Assembly (NCBI GenBank): GCA_951406725.2
Contig: OX597825.1
Location: forward strand, 39,990,001 to 40,054,000
Reading direction: 5' to 3'
Origin: Octopus vulgaris
Lineage: Eukaryota
DNA: 64,000 nucleotides
Made by a program: the position numbers and the translations under genes
The notes under the pieces: generated by a model
The model's input: only the letters and a program-made list of their open reading frames with translations
What the model was told of the DNA's origin: nothing
Databases searched by the model: none
Shown here: piece by piece, positions 14,072 to 28,269 of the stretch
Position numbering within the stretch: position 1 is the stretch's first letter
Layout: the number at the start of each line of letters is the position of its first letter

Positions 14072-15050
14072 GTCGGGAAGACACTCGGCAAGAAATGGAA
14101 GCAAATTTGAAAGAAGAAAAAAAAAGTAATAATAATAATAATAATAGTAAAACAAAACAAAAACAAGGAAACAAAAAAGAACATAGCATGGTATGTAAAA
14201 AATGCCACAGAAAAGCTATTATTAGAAGTAAGAAGATAAAGTACTGTACAAGTAATTGAAATCGAATGAAACAAAAAATAGGTGACATATAGTGAAAACA
14301 GATGGCTGTGGATGATTAAAATTGATTTAACACCGGTAACGGAGGCTCTAATCCGTGCTGCCCAAGAGCAAGCATTAAGAACAAACTACATAAAATACAG
14401 AATAGACAACACATCAGAAAGAGATAAGTGCAGAATCTGTGAACAAAATGGTGTAACCGTATGGCATATTACCAGCCAATATATACCATTAACCAAGAAG
14501 GAATATAGGAGACGCCACGACAATATAGTAAGGGTTGAACATTGGACACTTTGCAACAATTATGGATTTTGACAGAGCAAAAGAATGGTACGACCAGAAA
14601 CCCGAAGGCAACATCGAAAATGATAATACAAAGATCCTGTGAGATTTTACGATTCAGTGTGACCATGAGTTAGAGAATAAGAAACCAGACATAGAGTTAA
14701 TAGAAAAATAAAGCAAACACTGCTGGATCATAGCTATAGCATGGCCAGCTGACAACAAGATATGCGATGTGGTAGAAAGAAATGTCGAGAGATATGACAG
14801 GTTAACTTGGGAGTTTAAACAGTTGTGGTCGATGAAAAAGGTGGTCGTATTACCAGAAATTGTCAGAACCCTTGGAGCAGTGAGTAAAAATCTTGAGAAG
14901 TATATGGAAGAAATAGGAGCTGCAATAAGGGTGGAGCAATTGCAGAAAACAGCACTGCGTGGAACCGCTCAAATACTTCGGAAGGTGCTCGAAAATTAAT
15001 GAATTGCTGACACTGTGGTACATCTGCAGCATTAGAAACTGTGCAAACAA
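14071..15050 (+). mobile_element. 5'-truncated R4/Dong-like LINE (second family), flanked by (TAA)n
   Basis: AAQEQALRTNY..CRICEQNGVTVWHI..RRHD; KPDI; ..EQLQKTALRGTAQILRKVLE. TAA repeats on both sides. Confidence 0.85.
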
Positions 15051-15127
<77 letters not shown>

Positions 15128-15142
15128 TAATAATAACAACAA

Positions 15143-15201
<59 letters not shown>

Positions 15202-15230
15202 ATGATAATAATAATAAGAAGAAGAAGAAG

Positions 15231-15560
15231 AAGAATATAGACTGCTAAAAGACGAAATTGCAAGAATGTGGACTATGAGATGAGTGTCTCTCATTCCAGT
15301 AGTTGTAGGAGCACTCGGTGCACTAACGACCAACTTCGATAAATATGTCAGAAAATTTAGAACTGAGAGCAATGGAATCGCAAATAATTGCTCTGCTGGG
15401 GCAGCTAAGGTTTTGAGATTGGTACTTGGATGATGAATGTCTCCCACAATAATTAACAACCAAGTATCAAAGCTTATAATGTGCAGAAAGAGATTCTGTG
15501 TGACCTCTGACAGTATACTGCTACCACACCAAAAACGACCAAGCGTTCTGAGAAGTAAAA
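15231..15560 (+). mobile_element. RLE-LINE 3' end (third family) ending in a short (TAA)n
   Basis: EYRLLKDEIARMW..IPVVVGALGALT.. is homologous to KYKDLEIEVTRMW..IPIIVGALG. Confidence 0.7.
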
Positions 15561-17145
15561 CAATAATAATAATATTTCTTTATTTGAAAGGCACAAAGCC
15601 CGAAAACTGATACAAGGGGAAATGTCGAGTACATCGACTCCAGTGTTTCACTGCTACTTAATTTATCTACCCAGAAAAGATGAAAAGTAAACTATTTTCT
15701 CAGCACTATTTCCAGAAATGGAATGTTGTTCCTCTTTGGGGATTAAATTGCCCTAAAATGTTATATGTTCATGCCGTCTCGCCCAAGACTCATGCCATCA
15801 GATTATATTTTAGAACTATCTGCCTATGTTATACCATAAATTGACTAAGAGGAACAATTTACTGTCAGGTGCTACCTTGGTGAATCCTGCTCAAATATTG
15901 TCGGATTTGAGATGTTTTGAGAGATACCACATCATATATTTTCAAGTTGAGACAGGACAGCGTCATACTACTCGTCAATTCTAATAAATGAGATCTCACT
16001 TAAACAGTCATTCTAGGGCTATAACCAATTCTTTCTTGAATGGAACAGTTAGGTTACTCTGACAAACGCTTATCACAGGAAATTTCTGCAGCATAAAAAT
16101 TTCATTATTTGCTGTAAATCAGTGTCCATCTAATTTAGGATTCACCCAATCTATCGAACTAAAATTAATTCCGACGTATATGAAAAGATGGGAAATATTT
16201 CAGAGAGAGAATTCGAGTTGTACTTCATTTTACCGAATCTATAATTCATTTTGTTGAAACGCAATGGTTCCCACTTAGAATTTAAAGGCATATTACCTAA
16301 CTACCTAAAAGATCTGTCACTTCACCGGCCTCAAATATATGCTTCCGTTATCGTAAAATACATATTACATATTAAACCTTCGCAGAACCAATTACGTATG
16401 GCAATGACAGATTATAAATATGTAGCCCTTTGGCAAACAAGATTACTTAAAACAATGGAACAAAGGTATGAAAAAACGTGTTTGTGCAACTACCAAATCT
16501 CAAATAAAGAGTACCACAGAACTTGCTTCACTTTGGATTATGTGTAAATTCTTCCTTTTACTCGTATAATTTACATACTCTGAGAAGGGGCATTTCACGA
16601 ATTATCAAAGAATTCGAAGTAATATTAAAAATCAACAATGATTGTTTCCGAAGAAGCGCTTACGCAACCAACTTGCTACCTGCACGAACCAGGAAAAGAA
16701 AGCTCTTTCAATAGTTTTCATGTTAACAAATATTCGTTTATGTTATATTTCGCTCTGCGCAATTGATACACTTGTCCATTTTTCACAGGAAACTTGTGAC
16801 GCCGTTTCTGCTCGAAGGGAAGGCTTTTGTGTCATGTCTATTACCGACAAAATTTATTCTTGGTAGTGTTTTATATTTAATAATTGTGGTAAGAACTATC
16901 ATAATCCTTGCTGACTTGTCAACGTCTACCTAATCTACTAGATAAAAGAGCACATTTGCAAAATGGCGTTATAATATATATTTGAAGGAATTAAACGTTT
17001 TCATAATTTGCACATATTAAAGAGCGTACTAAAAATATGGTAAAATACGAATTAGTTTTCGAGAAACTATTTTTCCTAGTTTACCATTCCCTATTACTAA
17101 AGTTCTTGCTATGATATTAATATAGTTAAACTAAATGATTTGAAA

Positions 17146-17161
17146 TAGATAGATAGATAGC

Positions 17162-17227
<66 letters not shown>

Positions 17228-17243
17228 CATAGATACATAGATA
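17146..17243. repeat. (GATA)n microsatellite; a second one lies at about 48268-48393
   Basis: Directly visible. Confidence 0.95.
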
Positions 17244-17703
17244 GGAACATCGATACAGAGAAAGATCATTTGATTAATAGATGATACATTCTGGTCATCG
17301 AACAGCATTGAAATCTATGTTTGACATTAAGGAAAGGTAATCAGAGACAATGACATCTTATAAGAACATAAACATGAATTAAAGTAATTAGGAAAACATA
17401 AGAATCAATATTTTGCATAATGGGTCTGATATGTCTCATGGCGTGAGTATACGTAAAACACTCCCGTCTCTAAGGTAGATCAATCTAACTCTCTGGATGC
17501 TAAATATTCAACAAGTGTCTCACGAGATAATAAATCATGAACACATAAATATCTGCACATATGCATATGCCTTTGTATATAAATACATACATACAAAGAA
17601 ACACAAACACACACACATATATATGATTGTGTATGTAAACGTATATATATAACATACAAGACACACACACATATATTTATATAATTATGACACGAAAATG
17701 GAA

Positions 17704-18078
17704 TTAGTGGTTAATAATTAATTTATTAACTTATTGATAATCATTCCTATACTTGTTTCGTTTAATACTATATTAACATATAAATCTTTGTAAAAAAATT
17801 GCTGTTATAAAGTTATGCACAAAATATCATCAGAGAATTATTCGACCTTAAAGAATTACATGGTGAACAAATCGTTCGTTCCAACAATTCGTTCTGTCCG
17901 TTGGAAAGAACAGGTTGCTCTCCATGTAATTTGTTAAGGTCTAATATATCCCTGATAATATTTTGCTCATATCTTATAAAGGCAAATTCATTACATATAT
18001 TCATAATTTATTAATTATCAAATGAAACAATTTTAGGAATGATTATCAATAAGTTAGTAAATTAATTATTAACATTTA
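17704..18078. mobile_element. Short element with about 65-bp inverted ends
   Basis: GTTAATAATTAATTTATTAACTTATTGATAATCATTCCTA..TTGTTTC is inverted at 18016-18078. Confidence 0.65.
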
Positions 18079-18268
18079 AATCTCCATTTTCTTTTCTTCA
18101 TTGAATATAAATTGTATAATTAATATATAACTATTTATCTTAGGGAAATTTCGTTCCCAGAAATATATAATATTTAAAGCAGACGTAATCATCCCTTCAA
18201 AAGTTTCATATATCCTCACATTTACGTAAATATATATGCATATATATACATATACATATAGATCTGTA

Positions 18269-18333
<65 letters not shown>

Positions 18334-18479
18334 ATGTATATATGTGTATGTATATATGTATGTAAATGTCGAACGATGAGAATAAGTGTTGAACACTGCA
18401 TTGGTGTTATGGAATTTCTCTATTTCTGTATTAAGGCTACCATTGATTCCATGTTAACAAAAAAATATGTCTTAGCAAC

Positions 18480-19670
18480 TATTCAAGTTGATCAGAGGAA
18501 GGAATGGTGTTCTTCATTTTGGACAAGACGCAATCTCGTGAGTTTGCCGCGAATTTTGTAAATAAGAAAATAAGTCAAAGGGCACTAATTTTAGAATTCA
18601 TCGTTTGAGCAGTTATCTCTCTTGGAAAAACATTCATTTTAGATGGTAAATATCGTTTGTATTCTTTTATACTACATTCTGGCTCTATGTGATATTCGTA
18701 TGTCTGTGTGCTTGGGTAGTTCGCCATGGGGACATATTTCATCTGGGTGTGGAGTTGATGTGTTTTATATATTCAATTTTCATGTTCCGGGAAAGAAGCT
18801 ATCCATTTGGGGCTTGCGTCCCGAAATGGATAACCCCTTAGATTTAATTAACCAAATATTTTGCAAAATTTTCCCCTTATTCTATCCATATCATGTTCGT
18901 TCTTATGGTGTACCACTCTCAAGCAATTGTCCCTATCTAAATCAATGTTGGCTTTGCTTATATCTTTTCTAATGATATCTATGATATAAAAGTGTACAAG
19001 GTCATTTATCTCTGCACCATCATAGCTCCCCATAGCTAAATCAAGAGCTCGCCCCATTCATTTTTCCCCAATAGGAATTATCACGAAAGAGTAATGACTT
19101 CCTTGAAGTACATTTTGAAGAAAGCTTTTAAAGATCAAGAAATAAAATTCTGCGATGTCATACTGGATATATATACATTTGGGTTTATCTTCTATTTTCT
19201 TACTTGCACTACTACATATCTGTTGCGTAAGTTTGGGTATGCTATGATATCTCGTATGATATTATCTAATATAGTTTCCTGATAATTCCTATTTCAATTT
19301 TTGTGGGATTTATTAATCTCCATCTAGGATTCAGAGTGAATTTATCTTTATGGTCTTTCAGAGTTATAAAAGGATATTGTGGGTTAAGCTTTACTGCATC
19401 TTAGACGTGATGGTTAAAATTCGCTATTACATTAATCAAATTATGAGTGGTAGTGTTTATTTTCTTGCATGTTTTGTTATTTTATCAGTTAGCAATTTGT
19501 ACGTGTAGCTGTTTACTTCATTAAGAGCTTTGATTTGTCTGCTTTAATAGACTTGTTGACTGATGTTTTGAAAGATTAGATGTGTGTCTGTAACTTGTGC
19601 CTGAACTTATTGGATTTTTGACAAAGTTTTACATTTCTAAATAACTGGAAATATTTTTCAGTGATGTTCA
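18480..19670 (-). mobile_element. Decayed Penelope-like RT fragment
   Basis: ORF 18848-19057 LDLAMGSYDGAEINDLV...LDRDNCL is the PLE RT motif with a decayed YRDD. Confidence 0.75.
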
Positions 19671-19831
19671 AAAATACATACATATACATACATTGCTTCC
19701 AACTGATGGCTATGAATATTGAGGATTGTAATGAAATCAACCCAGGAGTATGGATTATAATCGTAAGAAGCATGTGAGTTGTGGTAACGCACGTAGCGAG
19801 GCATTAAAATGCATATAAATTCAATCCAGAG

Positions 19832-19920
<89 letters not shown>

Positions 19921-19957
19921 CATTATTATTATTATTATCATCATTATTATCATTATT

Positions 19958-20510
19958 GCGTGATAGAGCAGTGCAGGCCATCAAAGAGACACTGGGCTAA
20001 AATATACGAAGTCCAGTATACCTATCATGACTACCCGTCTGATAAGGGTATACTAGGCACATGCATCACAACCATATGTGCGCAACAGGGTGATCTCATA
20101 TCAAGATGAACAGCACATTACCTTGCAGGTGGCGCCCAGTTAGAATTTTCTTCTGGTCGAGTAACCCATCCCGCTCAAAAGCTCCCTGAATAAGGGTTGC
20201 TTAAGGATGTAGAATGAAATACCAATGTTTCCAGAGGCGAAGTATTCAAACCCACAAGATCCTTCTCAACGCATGACTATGATGCTCCTCTACCACATCT
20301 GCTAGTGATCAGAGATGCACATATCGTCAGTCACTAAGGGGCATGCTCAACTCTTAAGGTCAAACAATTGATAAGTAAATCTGTGGTATTGAGCAGAATA
20401 TTTGCTGTAGCCCATCTTTTATACCAAGACAAAACAATGTACATGATAACACGTCCAACCAATTAAAATCAGAAGCAACGAGAGCCATTCACTAGTACTA
20501 CAGCAGAGAA
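19958..20510 (-). mobile_element. Non-coding retroposon copy 1 (LINE 3' UTR or SINE) in (TAA)n
   Basis: Homologous to 20534-21039. Both share the end abutting the TTA tract and differ at the other end, like 5' truncation on the minus strand. Confidence 0.7.
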
Positions 20511-20533
20511 TTATTATTATTATTATTATTATT

Positions 20534-21039
20534 GAGTGAGAGAGCAGTGCATGCCATCAAAGTGACACTGGGGTAAAATATACGAAGCCCAATATACCCA
20601 TCATGACTACCCGTCTGATAAAGATATACCAGGCACATACATCACAACCATATGTGCGCGACATGGTGATCTCATATCAAGATGAACAGCACATTACCTT
20701 GTAGGTGGCGCCCAGTTAGAATTTTCGTGTGGTCGAGTAACCCATCCCGCTCAAAAGCTCCCTGAATAAGGGTTGTTTAAGGATGTTGAAAGAACCACCC
20801 ATGTTTCCAGAGGTGAATTATTCAAACCACAAAGAATCCCTCTCAACACATGGCTATGATGCTCCCCCACTACTTCTGCTCATGATCAGAGATGCACATA
20901 TCGTCAGCTACTAAGAGACATGCTCAACTGGTTAAGGTCAAACAACTGACCAAGCAAATCTGTGGTATTGAGCAGAATATTTGCTGTAGCCCATCTTTTA
21001 TACCAAGACAAAACAATGTACATGATAACACTTCCAATC
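20534..21039 (-). mobile_element. Non-coding retroposon copy 2 in (TAA)n
   Basis: Diverged tandem homologue of 19958-20510, flanked by (TTA)n. Confidence 0.7.
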
Positions 21040-21048
21040 TTATTATTA

Positions 21049-21134
<86 letters not shown>

Positions 21135-21152
21135 TATTATTATTATTATTAT

Positions 21153-21706
<554 letters not shown>

Positions 21707-22478
21707 GTTATTATTATTGTTTTTGTTGTCATTATCATTATCATTATTATTATTATTAGCAACAGAGATGCTTCTTCGCACTCTCAATCACTATTAGTGA
21801 CAATGCATATAATTATATATCACTCACTATTAGTGAGAGATATATAATTTTATGCATTTGTGCATATATAGATATACACACACATACAAGTGCATATATG
21901 TATTGGCTGAGTATTTGTTCATGTTCATATTCACGGGAAATACAGTTTAAATGTTTAGAGCTGGGATGGAGATAAAGGAAATATGAAATATCATCGAGTG
22001 CTGTATGCAGCAGCCATGATAATACTATCTGTGTGCCTTGTTCCTAAAACAAAGATATCAGTTAATTTTTGCGACCGCTTCAATAATAATTATGCTTTTT
22101 ATTTTATCATAAATGTAATATGGTTATATGTTGGGTGTCTTAAATACCTTGCACTTAAGCTACAGGAGCATCTAAATTATATAATGGTTGTTATTTTATA
22201 ATATTATTTAGAGTAATATTGTGAAATGCATCATTTAGAAGAATGTCACCAATAATGTACCACGTATCAATCTATCAAGCCTCACTCTATGTAGGTATGC
22301 ATATATGTATGAGTGTATCTATCTATCTGTCTATATATCTACCTGTTCACACATATAATGTACAAGGGAAATGGACAGAATGCTGTGCCCATCGGGGCCG
22401 ACTCGGCACCAGAGGGCCAGGCCTATCCAAGTGAAGCAAGTGAAGATGCGTATGAATTTGCATATGTATGTATATAGT

Positions 22479-22535
<57 letters not shown>

Positions 22536-22689
22536 GAAATATGTTACGAAAAGAAAATAGAAAATGCACATGGAAATGTAAGGGTAACATATGAAAAATC
22601 AACGAAAATGCACCTTGCAAATAGAAAAAGGCTATTTATGACAGGTAACGACAAATATATACATTCAGATTGACTGAGGTAGTAATATG

Positions 22690-23975
22690 AGTCATAAAAA
22701 TCATTATTATGAGATGATTATAAGATGATAATAAAGGAAGAGAACAAACGAACCATGGTTTACGCACATATCTATTCATCGTTTGAACAACACCGGCTAA
22801 TACACGGTGTCAGGTCTAATAGTTCCTGAGAAAAAAGTTTATTTGTAAGGGAGGTAAGTAGATTTGGATTATTTATAAGGGAGGTAAGTAGGTCTGGATT
22901 TAGAGATGTGAGTGGTGTAGGAAGTGTATAGAGTTTAGTGGTTTAAATTGAAGTGTTATTGATGTTATGTATTGAGTTGTGTGTTCATATTTAGTTGGGG
23001 GAGAAATTTATTGATGAAAAATGCCTCTTTATTCAACCTTTGTTGCATTGTGGCGTTCTGTGAACATTAGTAAAAGGGAAATATTTGGAAATTGGGATTA
23101 AGATTCATGGCACATCTTTCTATGTGTTCACTCACCTTTAACTGTCTGCATTGTAGATGACGGATTTGCTCTTTGTGATTCTTTGCCGGAGCGAAATCCC
23201 TGTTTGTCCAATATAGAGTTTACCACATCCTATGCATGTCATGACATAGATTACATTTGCTGAGGCGCAGGTTAAATTTGATTTGATCTTAAATATTTCT
23301 TCTTGTTTGAATTGGAATTCTGAAGACTCCAGAAGGTGAGGTGCATGTTCCACAGTTAGAACGTCCACATTTTGTCACTTTTTGCTCAGTTGTTAATGGG
23401 TAAAGTCTAGCGCTGGTTAATATTTTTTTCCGTGGCTGCGGTTGCATTTTGCTTTTTGCTTTTTATATGAGCTTAACATTTCGTTCATTGCTTTGTCTGA
23501 TGTGAGGATGGGAAGGTTTTGGGTGATGATGTCGAAGGCTTCGTTGTTTCTGGGGTTATGTGTGGAGATGTACGGGAGTATTTTTAAGTCTGGTTCAGTA
23601 TTTCGGCTAGTTTCCCTTAACCTTTGTATATCTATTTCCTTAGCTCTTTTGATGCCTTCATTTACTAGTGAGATTGGGAAATGTCTTTTAGTTAGTGTAG
23701 ATCTATGTTCAAGGAGTATATGTTCTCGAGTGTATGTATCGGAAACTATGGTGCAGATTCTTTTTGCTAGGTTAAAGGGTATGTTGATTTTTATGTGTTT
23801 GGGGTGGCAGGAGTTAAATAATAGGTATTGTTTAGAATCTGTGGGTTTATAAAAGATGTCTGTTTCTATGTGGTTGTTAACTATTCTAATTAAGATGTCT
23901 AGAAAAGGGGGTTGCTTACTGTTGTGTTCCATACTGAATTGTATATTGCTGTGTATGTTGTTGAGCTTTTGAAAT
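22690..23975 (-). mobile_element. Penelope/Poseidon-type element 3' half (RT thumb, GIY-YIG, 3' UTR)
   Basis: PFLDILI..ETDIFYKPTDSKQYLLFNSCHPKH (23417-23932) and CASANVIYVMTCIGCGKLYIGQT (23138-23368). Decayed hammerhead-like motif at 22745-22785. Confidence 0.88.
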
Positions 23976-24074
23976 CAAGGAGTTGATCCATGCTGTCTTG
24001 CCAAATTATGAAGAAATATATATGTATGTGCATCTGCATATTCAACAACGTAATGAACCTTTCGTAACAGATAA

Positions 24075-25400
24075 ACCACTTTCATCAGTGAACATTTCTT
24101 CCAGTACGTTGGCTTCTCATTTGGTTTGCCTCTAAGTACTGGAGTCCAATCGAATGTGACGTCTACGAAGTCCGCCACACCGAGGTTGGTCTCTGGGGTG
24201 ATTTTCAATGCCTTGGAGGCAAGCGTACTGATTAAGTCTTGCCTAAGCCTATCTAGGGTGTGCAGTTTCTTCCCTAGAGATGGCCAGAGCGTTATTTCTG
24301 CAGAAGTCAAAGAAGACAGAGGTGAACTCTTCCCTAAGGTTATCTGGGACGTACAACTCGATGAGGTGGCATGCGTCAGCACTGTTGTAGGCTCCCATCG
24401 CCACGTCAAGGGGGTCCGTGGGGTCGGATTCCTTGATCCATACCGAAAGTTTGCTGAACAGGACTATGTTTCTTGCATGTATAATAATTTCTACATTTCT
24501 GTCGCTAAATCTAGTAAAGCCCCTAGCGAAAGAATGCGCCTTGGTCATTAGCCCTTTATATATATATATGAGTAAAAGTCGACTATATCAAAATGGGTGA
24601 ACCTTGCCTGCCTCTCCCATTTTTGGTGTTAAACCATGCGGTTATTTTGCGTGACTTTATTTTCTAGTAGACTATCAGATTCTAGGGTGTTTACCTTATA
24701 TAAATTTTTCGTCTTATCGTAGAAGATTAGGAACCTATCTGAGATTTTAAATAATCTAATGTCGGCCCGGAGCTTGCGTTGGAAGAAGGAAGGGAACTTA
24801 CGGAATTCGGAGAGGATTTCCAGCAGGTCCGCCTCGAAGAAATCGAGGTACTTGATTCTCGGTGGGTGTTTTCTCGAACTAATGGCGTAGTTGTTACCCT
24901 CCGCCGATCTTGTCGCTAGGTCCTAGTAAAAAATTGTCCACATACGCCAAATCCCGTCTATTATCTTTTGCAGCAGCATTCTAGTGTACAGTTCGTGGGA
25001 AGGCGTAGGGGATATTTTTAGAGGAGTAGAACGAGATCAAATCGTTCCATATTTAAAATATATCCGTGGTTCCCGTATATATGTAGGAAAGCGGCCTACT
25101 GGCTAGTTACTTAACAAAACCGCGTGTTCTTTCAAAAAACACTGGCCAACGAACGAAAAGGATCGGTTGTTGAAAACATACATCCAGAGGTGAATCCCAA
25201 GATAGGGTTAGGGTCGAAAGTCAATATCCACTGGGAAAGGGAGATAACCCCCAATTGTTTACCTTTGTGGTGAGGCTTTTCCCCTCCATATTTTAAAGAG
25301 GTCTTAGGCCAAGAGGATTTAGGTTCTCACGATACGCCATGAAAGTAAACCCTTAATGAACGGGAAAACTAAGGTAATACTATAAACTAGCCTTCCCCAT
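24075..25400 (-). mobile_element. Penelope-like element 5' half (RT), different family
   Basis: PLDVAMGAYNSADACHLIELY and LKITPETNLGVADFVDVTFD..KPNEKPTY, frameshifted. Confidence 0.75.
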
Positions 25401-25402
25401 TG

Positions 25403-25446
<44 letters not shown>

Positions 25447-25588
25447 AGATAATGGTGTCATTGAGACTTAAAGGTGTCAGTTAATGCTGGATAAGTGCTA
25501 TAGACAGACCATAGTTAAGTTCCAGATGCGGTAATATTGCAAATGAAGGGTTCAACGTTGGTTCTATGTAAGCGTGTGCATATAAGAA

Positions 25589-25856
25589 TTTTTTACGTAA
25601 TAAGATAAAAAAACCAAGGCTGTTTAGATATTAAAGCATTTATAGATAGATGGTCTTACACCTGTTTCTAGGATATTAATTACTAATATGCATTCATCAG
25701 AGACGGTGTAAAGAGGAAAAATTAAGTCAATTTTATTTTCAATATGAAGAGATATTATTAATTAATATCCTAGAAACAGCTGTAAGACCTTCTATCTATA
25801 AATGGTCTAATATCTATACGGCCTCAGTTTTTTTTATCTTATTGTGCAAAAAATGT
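25589..25856. mobile_element. Palindromic element with about 110-bp inverted arms, each containing a hammerhead motif
   Basis: 25589-25697 is inverted at 25744-25856. (TA)n lies directly to the right and about 150 bp to the left. Confidence 0.8.
25653..25704 (-). ncRNA. Minimal type-I hammerhead ribozyme motif (partly decayed)
   Basis: gtct-CTGATGA-[atatta gtaat taatat stem II]-GAAA-caggtg-TA-agac. The partner arm has the palindromic cagctg but lacks CTG. Confidence 0.7.
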
Positions 25857-25857
25857 T

Positions 25858-25896
<39 letters not shown>

Positions 25897-25980
25897 TTAG
25901 AGACAAAGCCACTATTTTGCAAAACAAACAAGGAAAGACTTAATCAATACATAAAATTTTAATAAAAAGTAAAATAACCG

Positions 25981-26023
25981 CCACTACAATTGTTTCATGT
26001 CTTGATCGACAATCTTCAGGTGG
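25981..26023 (-). ncRNA. Intact minimal type-I hammerhead ribozyme motif
   Basis: ccac-CTGAAGA-t-tgtc-gatcaa-gaca-t-GAAA-caattg-TA-gtgg: full core, paired stems I and II, palindromic stem III, GUA cleavage triplet. Confidence 0.82.
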
Positions 26024-26410
26024 ATTTCCGATCTAAAATATCAATATTTTAAAATATAAGTATAAAAAATAATTTTAAAATAATTAAAGTATCAATGAAA
26101 AAATATAAATATATAATCTATATATAACCTATATATAATCCATATATAATCAATATATAAACTAAAATAAACCTATCAACAATTAAATATAAAACAAAAT
26201 AAAATAAACTATATATACACCCATACACATATAACTAATTATATATAACCATATCTAAATACATACACTAACTCACACACCTATATATATATCCCTATAC
26301 ATACACATAAAAACGTCTAGGCAACGATAAATAAATAAAATAGCCAAATACTTCAACACAATACTTATTCATACTCCCTCACACACACATACAACCCACA
26401 TTCATAAACA

Positions 26411-26910
26411 ATATACGTATACCCGCTCACACATACATATACAAACATACCGAACTCGATATATACACCAATATATTCACACCCACATCTATACAGATAA
26501 ATAAATTACGCAAATAATCCCCCCCACACACACACACATTCACACATACATTAACACTCAAAAGCAAAATAAACAATTCTTTGCACGTGGTGATCGAACG
26601 TTTTTTTTTTTTAATTATGAATGGAATAATATATAATCAACTTAAATATACAGAATCTACTACAATACACCAATAAACCATCATGATAAATGAAACCCAC
26701 ATACATATAATGATAAAACTCCCCTACCATACACAATTACACCTATATAGCAATCCCATATACACATTCACACACAAATATACATACGTAAAACACACAC
26801 ACACAACATATACGTATACCCCCTCACATATACATATACATACTTACTAAACTCGATATATACAACAATATTTTCACACCCACACTCATACAGATAAATA
26901 AATTACACAA
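26411..26910. repeat. Diverged direct repeat of about 100 bp (26411-26512 and 26807-26910) in an AC-rich region next to the hammerhead
   Basis: ATATACGTATACCC..AACTCGATATATACA..CACACCCACA..ATACAGATAAATAAATTAC occurs twice. Confidence 0.75.
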
Positions 26911-26912
26911 CT

Positions 26913-26954
<42 letters not shown>

Positions 26955-26958
<4 letters not shown>

Positions 26959-27300
26959 GTCGTCCAATAAACGATGTACCTTTTTATACTTATATTTTTT
27001 TCAAAATTAAAAATTAAGATTTAGAAAGTTGACATTAAGTGCAGTATCCAGACCTTGTTTCAGATAGTGTGACTACTGAGCACGTCCACTTCTTATGGCT
27101 ATCAGGAATCATCAGCGGTACTGTGCATTCGTCGTTGGATCTACGTCCGAGATGCGAAATTTTTTTTCGCACGAGATTTCTGGATCCTAGTAAAGTATTA
27201 ATTTGCATACAGCCAATCAGAGCTCACCTTCACCTTGTCGAGTTAACAATTGTTGGCATTCAAAATGGCAACATAATTAACTGCACACAATTTAAAGATG
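26955..27300. mobile_element. Mariner-like terminus or fragment
   Basis: TA followed by TTGGGTCGTCCAATAAA resembles the TIR of the 36.8-kb mariner (TTGGGTCATCCATTAAA). Confidence 0.4.
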
Positions 27301-27917
27301 CTTAAATTCCTGATATTATCCGTGAACAGATATATAATTTACTAGTGTTAATGTAATAGTTCTCAGCGAAAATGTTTGTACTCATACATTTTCATGACTA
27401 TTTATTTATTTATTTATTTATATTTCTTTTTTGGATGTGGAGAATCTTTTCTATTTCGTTGCCAGCGTCAATTTTTTGTTCGAATTAATTTCATATTTAG
27501 TGTAATGATACACTTTTAAAGTTCAAGTAATTTTCGCTATAAGTCTATAAATAAAGAGTTATTAGTAATTAAAGATTGAAAAGCTTGGTAATTTTAGTCA
27601 GTCGTAAGGCATAGATTTATCTACATGAAAGAACATTACCGGAGACATAACACGTATTGTTTACACATATTGACAACATGTGATAGACGGAGAGTTGCTG
27701 TCTGCCAGTAGAAAGGGAAAGACTAATGGATGCACGGTGCTGACTAAAAACGAAGAAAGGTTAAAGGTGGCTCTGCTCTTATTGGCTGTATATTTCATTA
27801 CTAGGGTCCGAAACTCTCGTGGGAAAAACATTTCGCGTCCGGGATTCCGAGGTGTGCGTAGGGTATATTTTAAATGATTAATGCCGAAGACGGAGTGTAA
27901 CTAGAAGCATTTATTAA

Positions 27918-28025
27918 CACAACAATCGTTTCGTTTCGGCGTCATTCTGCACTGCTCCCTAGTGGGTGTGGGATGAGGTAGCAACACTAGGTGCAACGAA
28001 CACAGCAAACGAAACTCGTCAGGTG
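27918..28025 (-). ncRNA. Type-I hammerhead motif with long stem-II insertion
   Basis: cac-CTGACGA-gtttcg-[about 70 nt]-cgaaac-GAAA-cgattg-TT-gtg. Confidence 0.7.
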
Positions 28026-28166
28026 ATGTGAAATGATTCACAAAATTTCAGATTTATATTTTATTTTCGCTTCAAGTATTATATTGACGGTGTGATTTTA
28101 GCAGTTCAGACCCATTTGGTAAGGAGATGAAGATGTGGCCAGGAAGAAAAACAACGCTTATTACGT

Positions 28167-28269
28167 CAACTGATGAGGCTCTTTTATAGCATGTGGTGCG
28201 TTTGGTTGTGTTACACGGTTCCACACCCACTATCGATCAGTGCAGAATTAAGCTGAAACGATTGTTGTG
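28167..28269 (+). ncRNA. Type-I hammerhead motif with long stem-II insertion (inverted partner)
   Basis: caa-CTGATGA-ggct-[about 70 nt]-agct-GAAA-cgattg-TT-gtg. The downstream flank is homologous to the reverse complement of 27870-27917. Confidence 0.65.

Noticed and set aside
25203-25214. AGGGTTAGGGT telomere-like motif
   Set aside because: Fewer than two full units, which is not significant.
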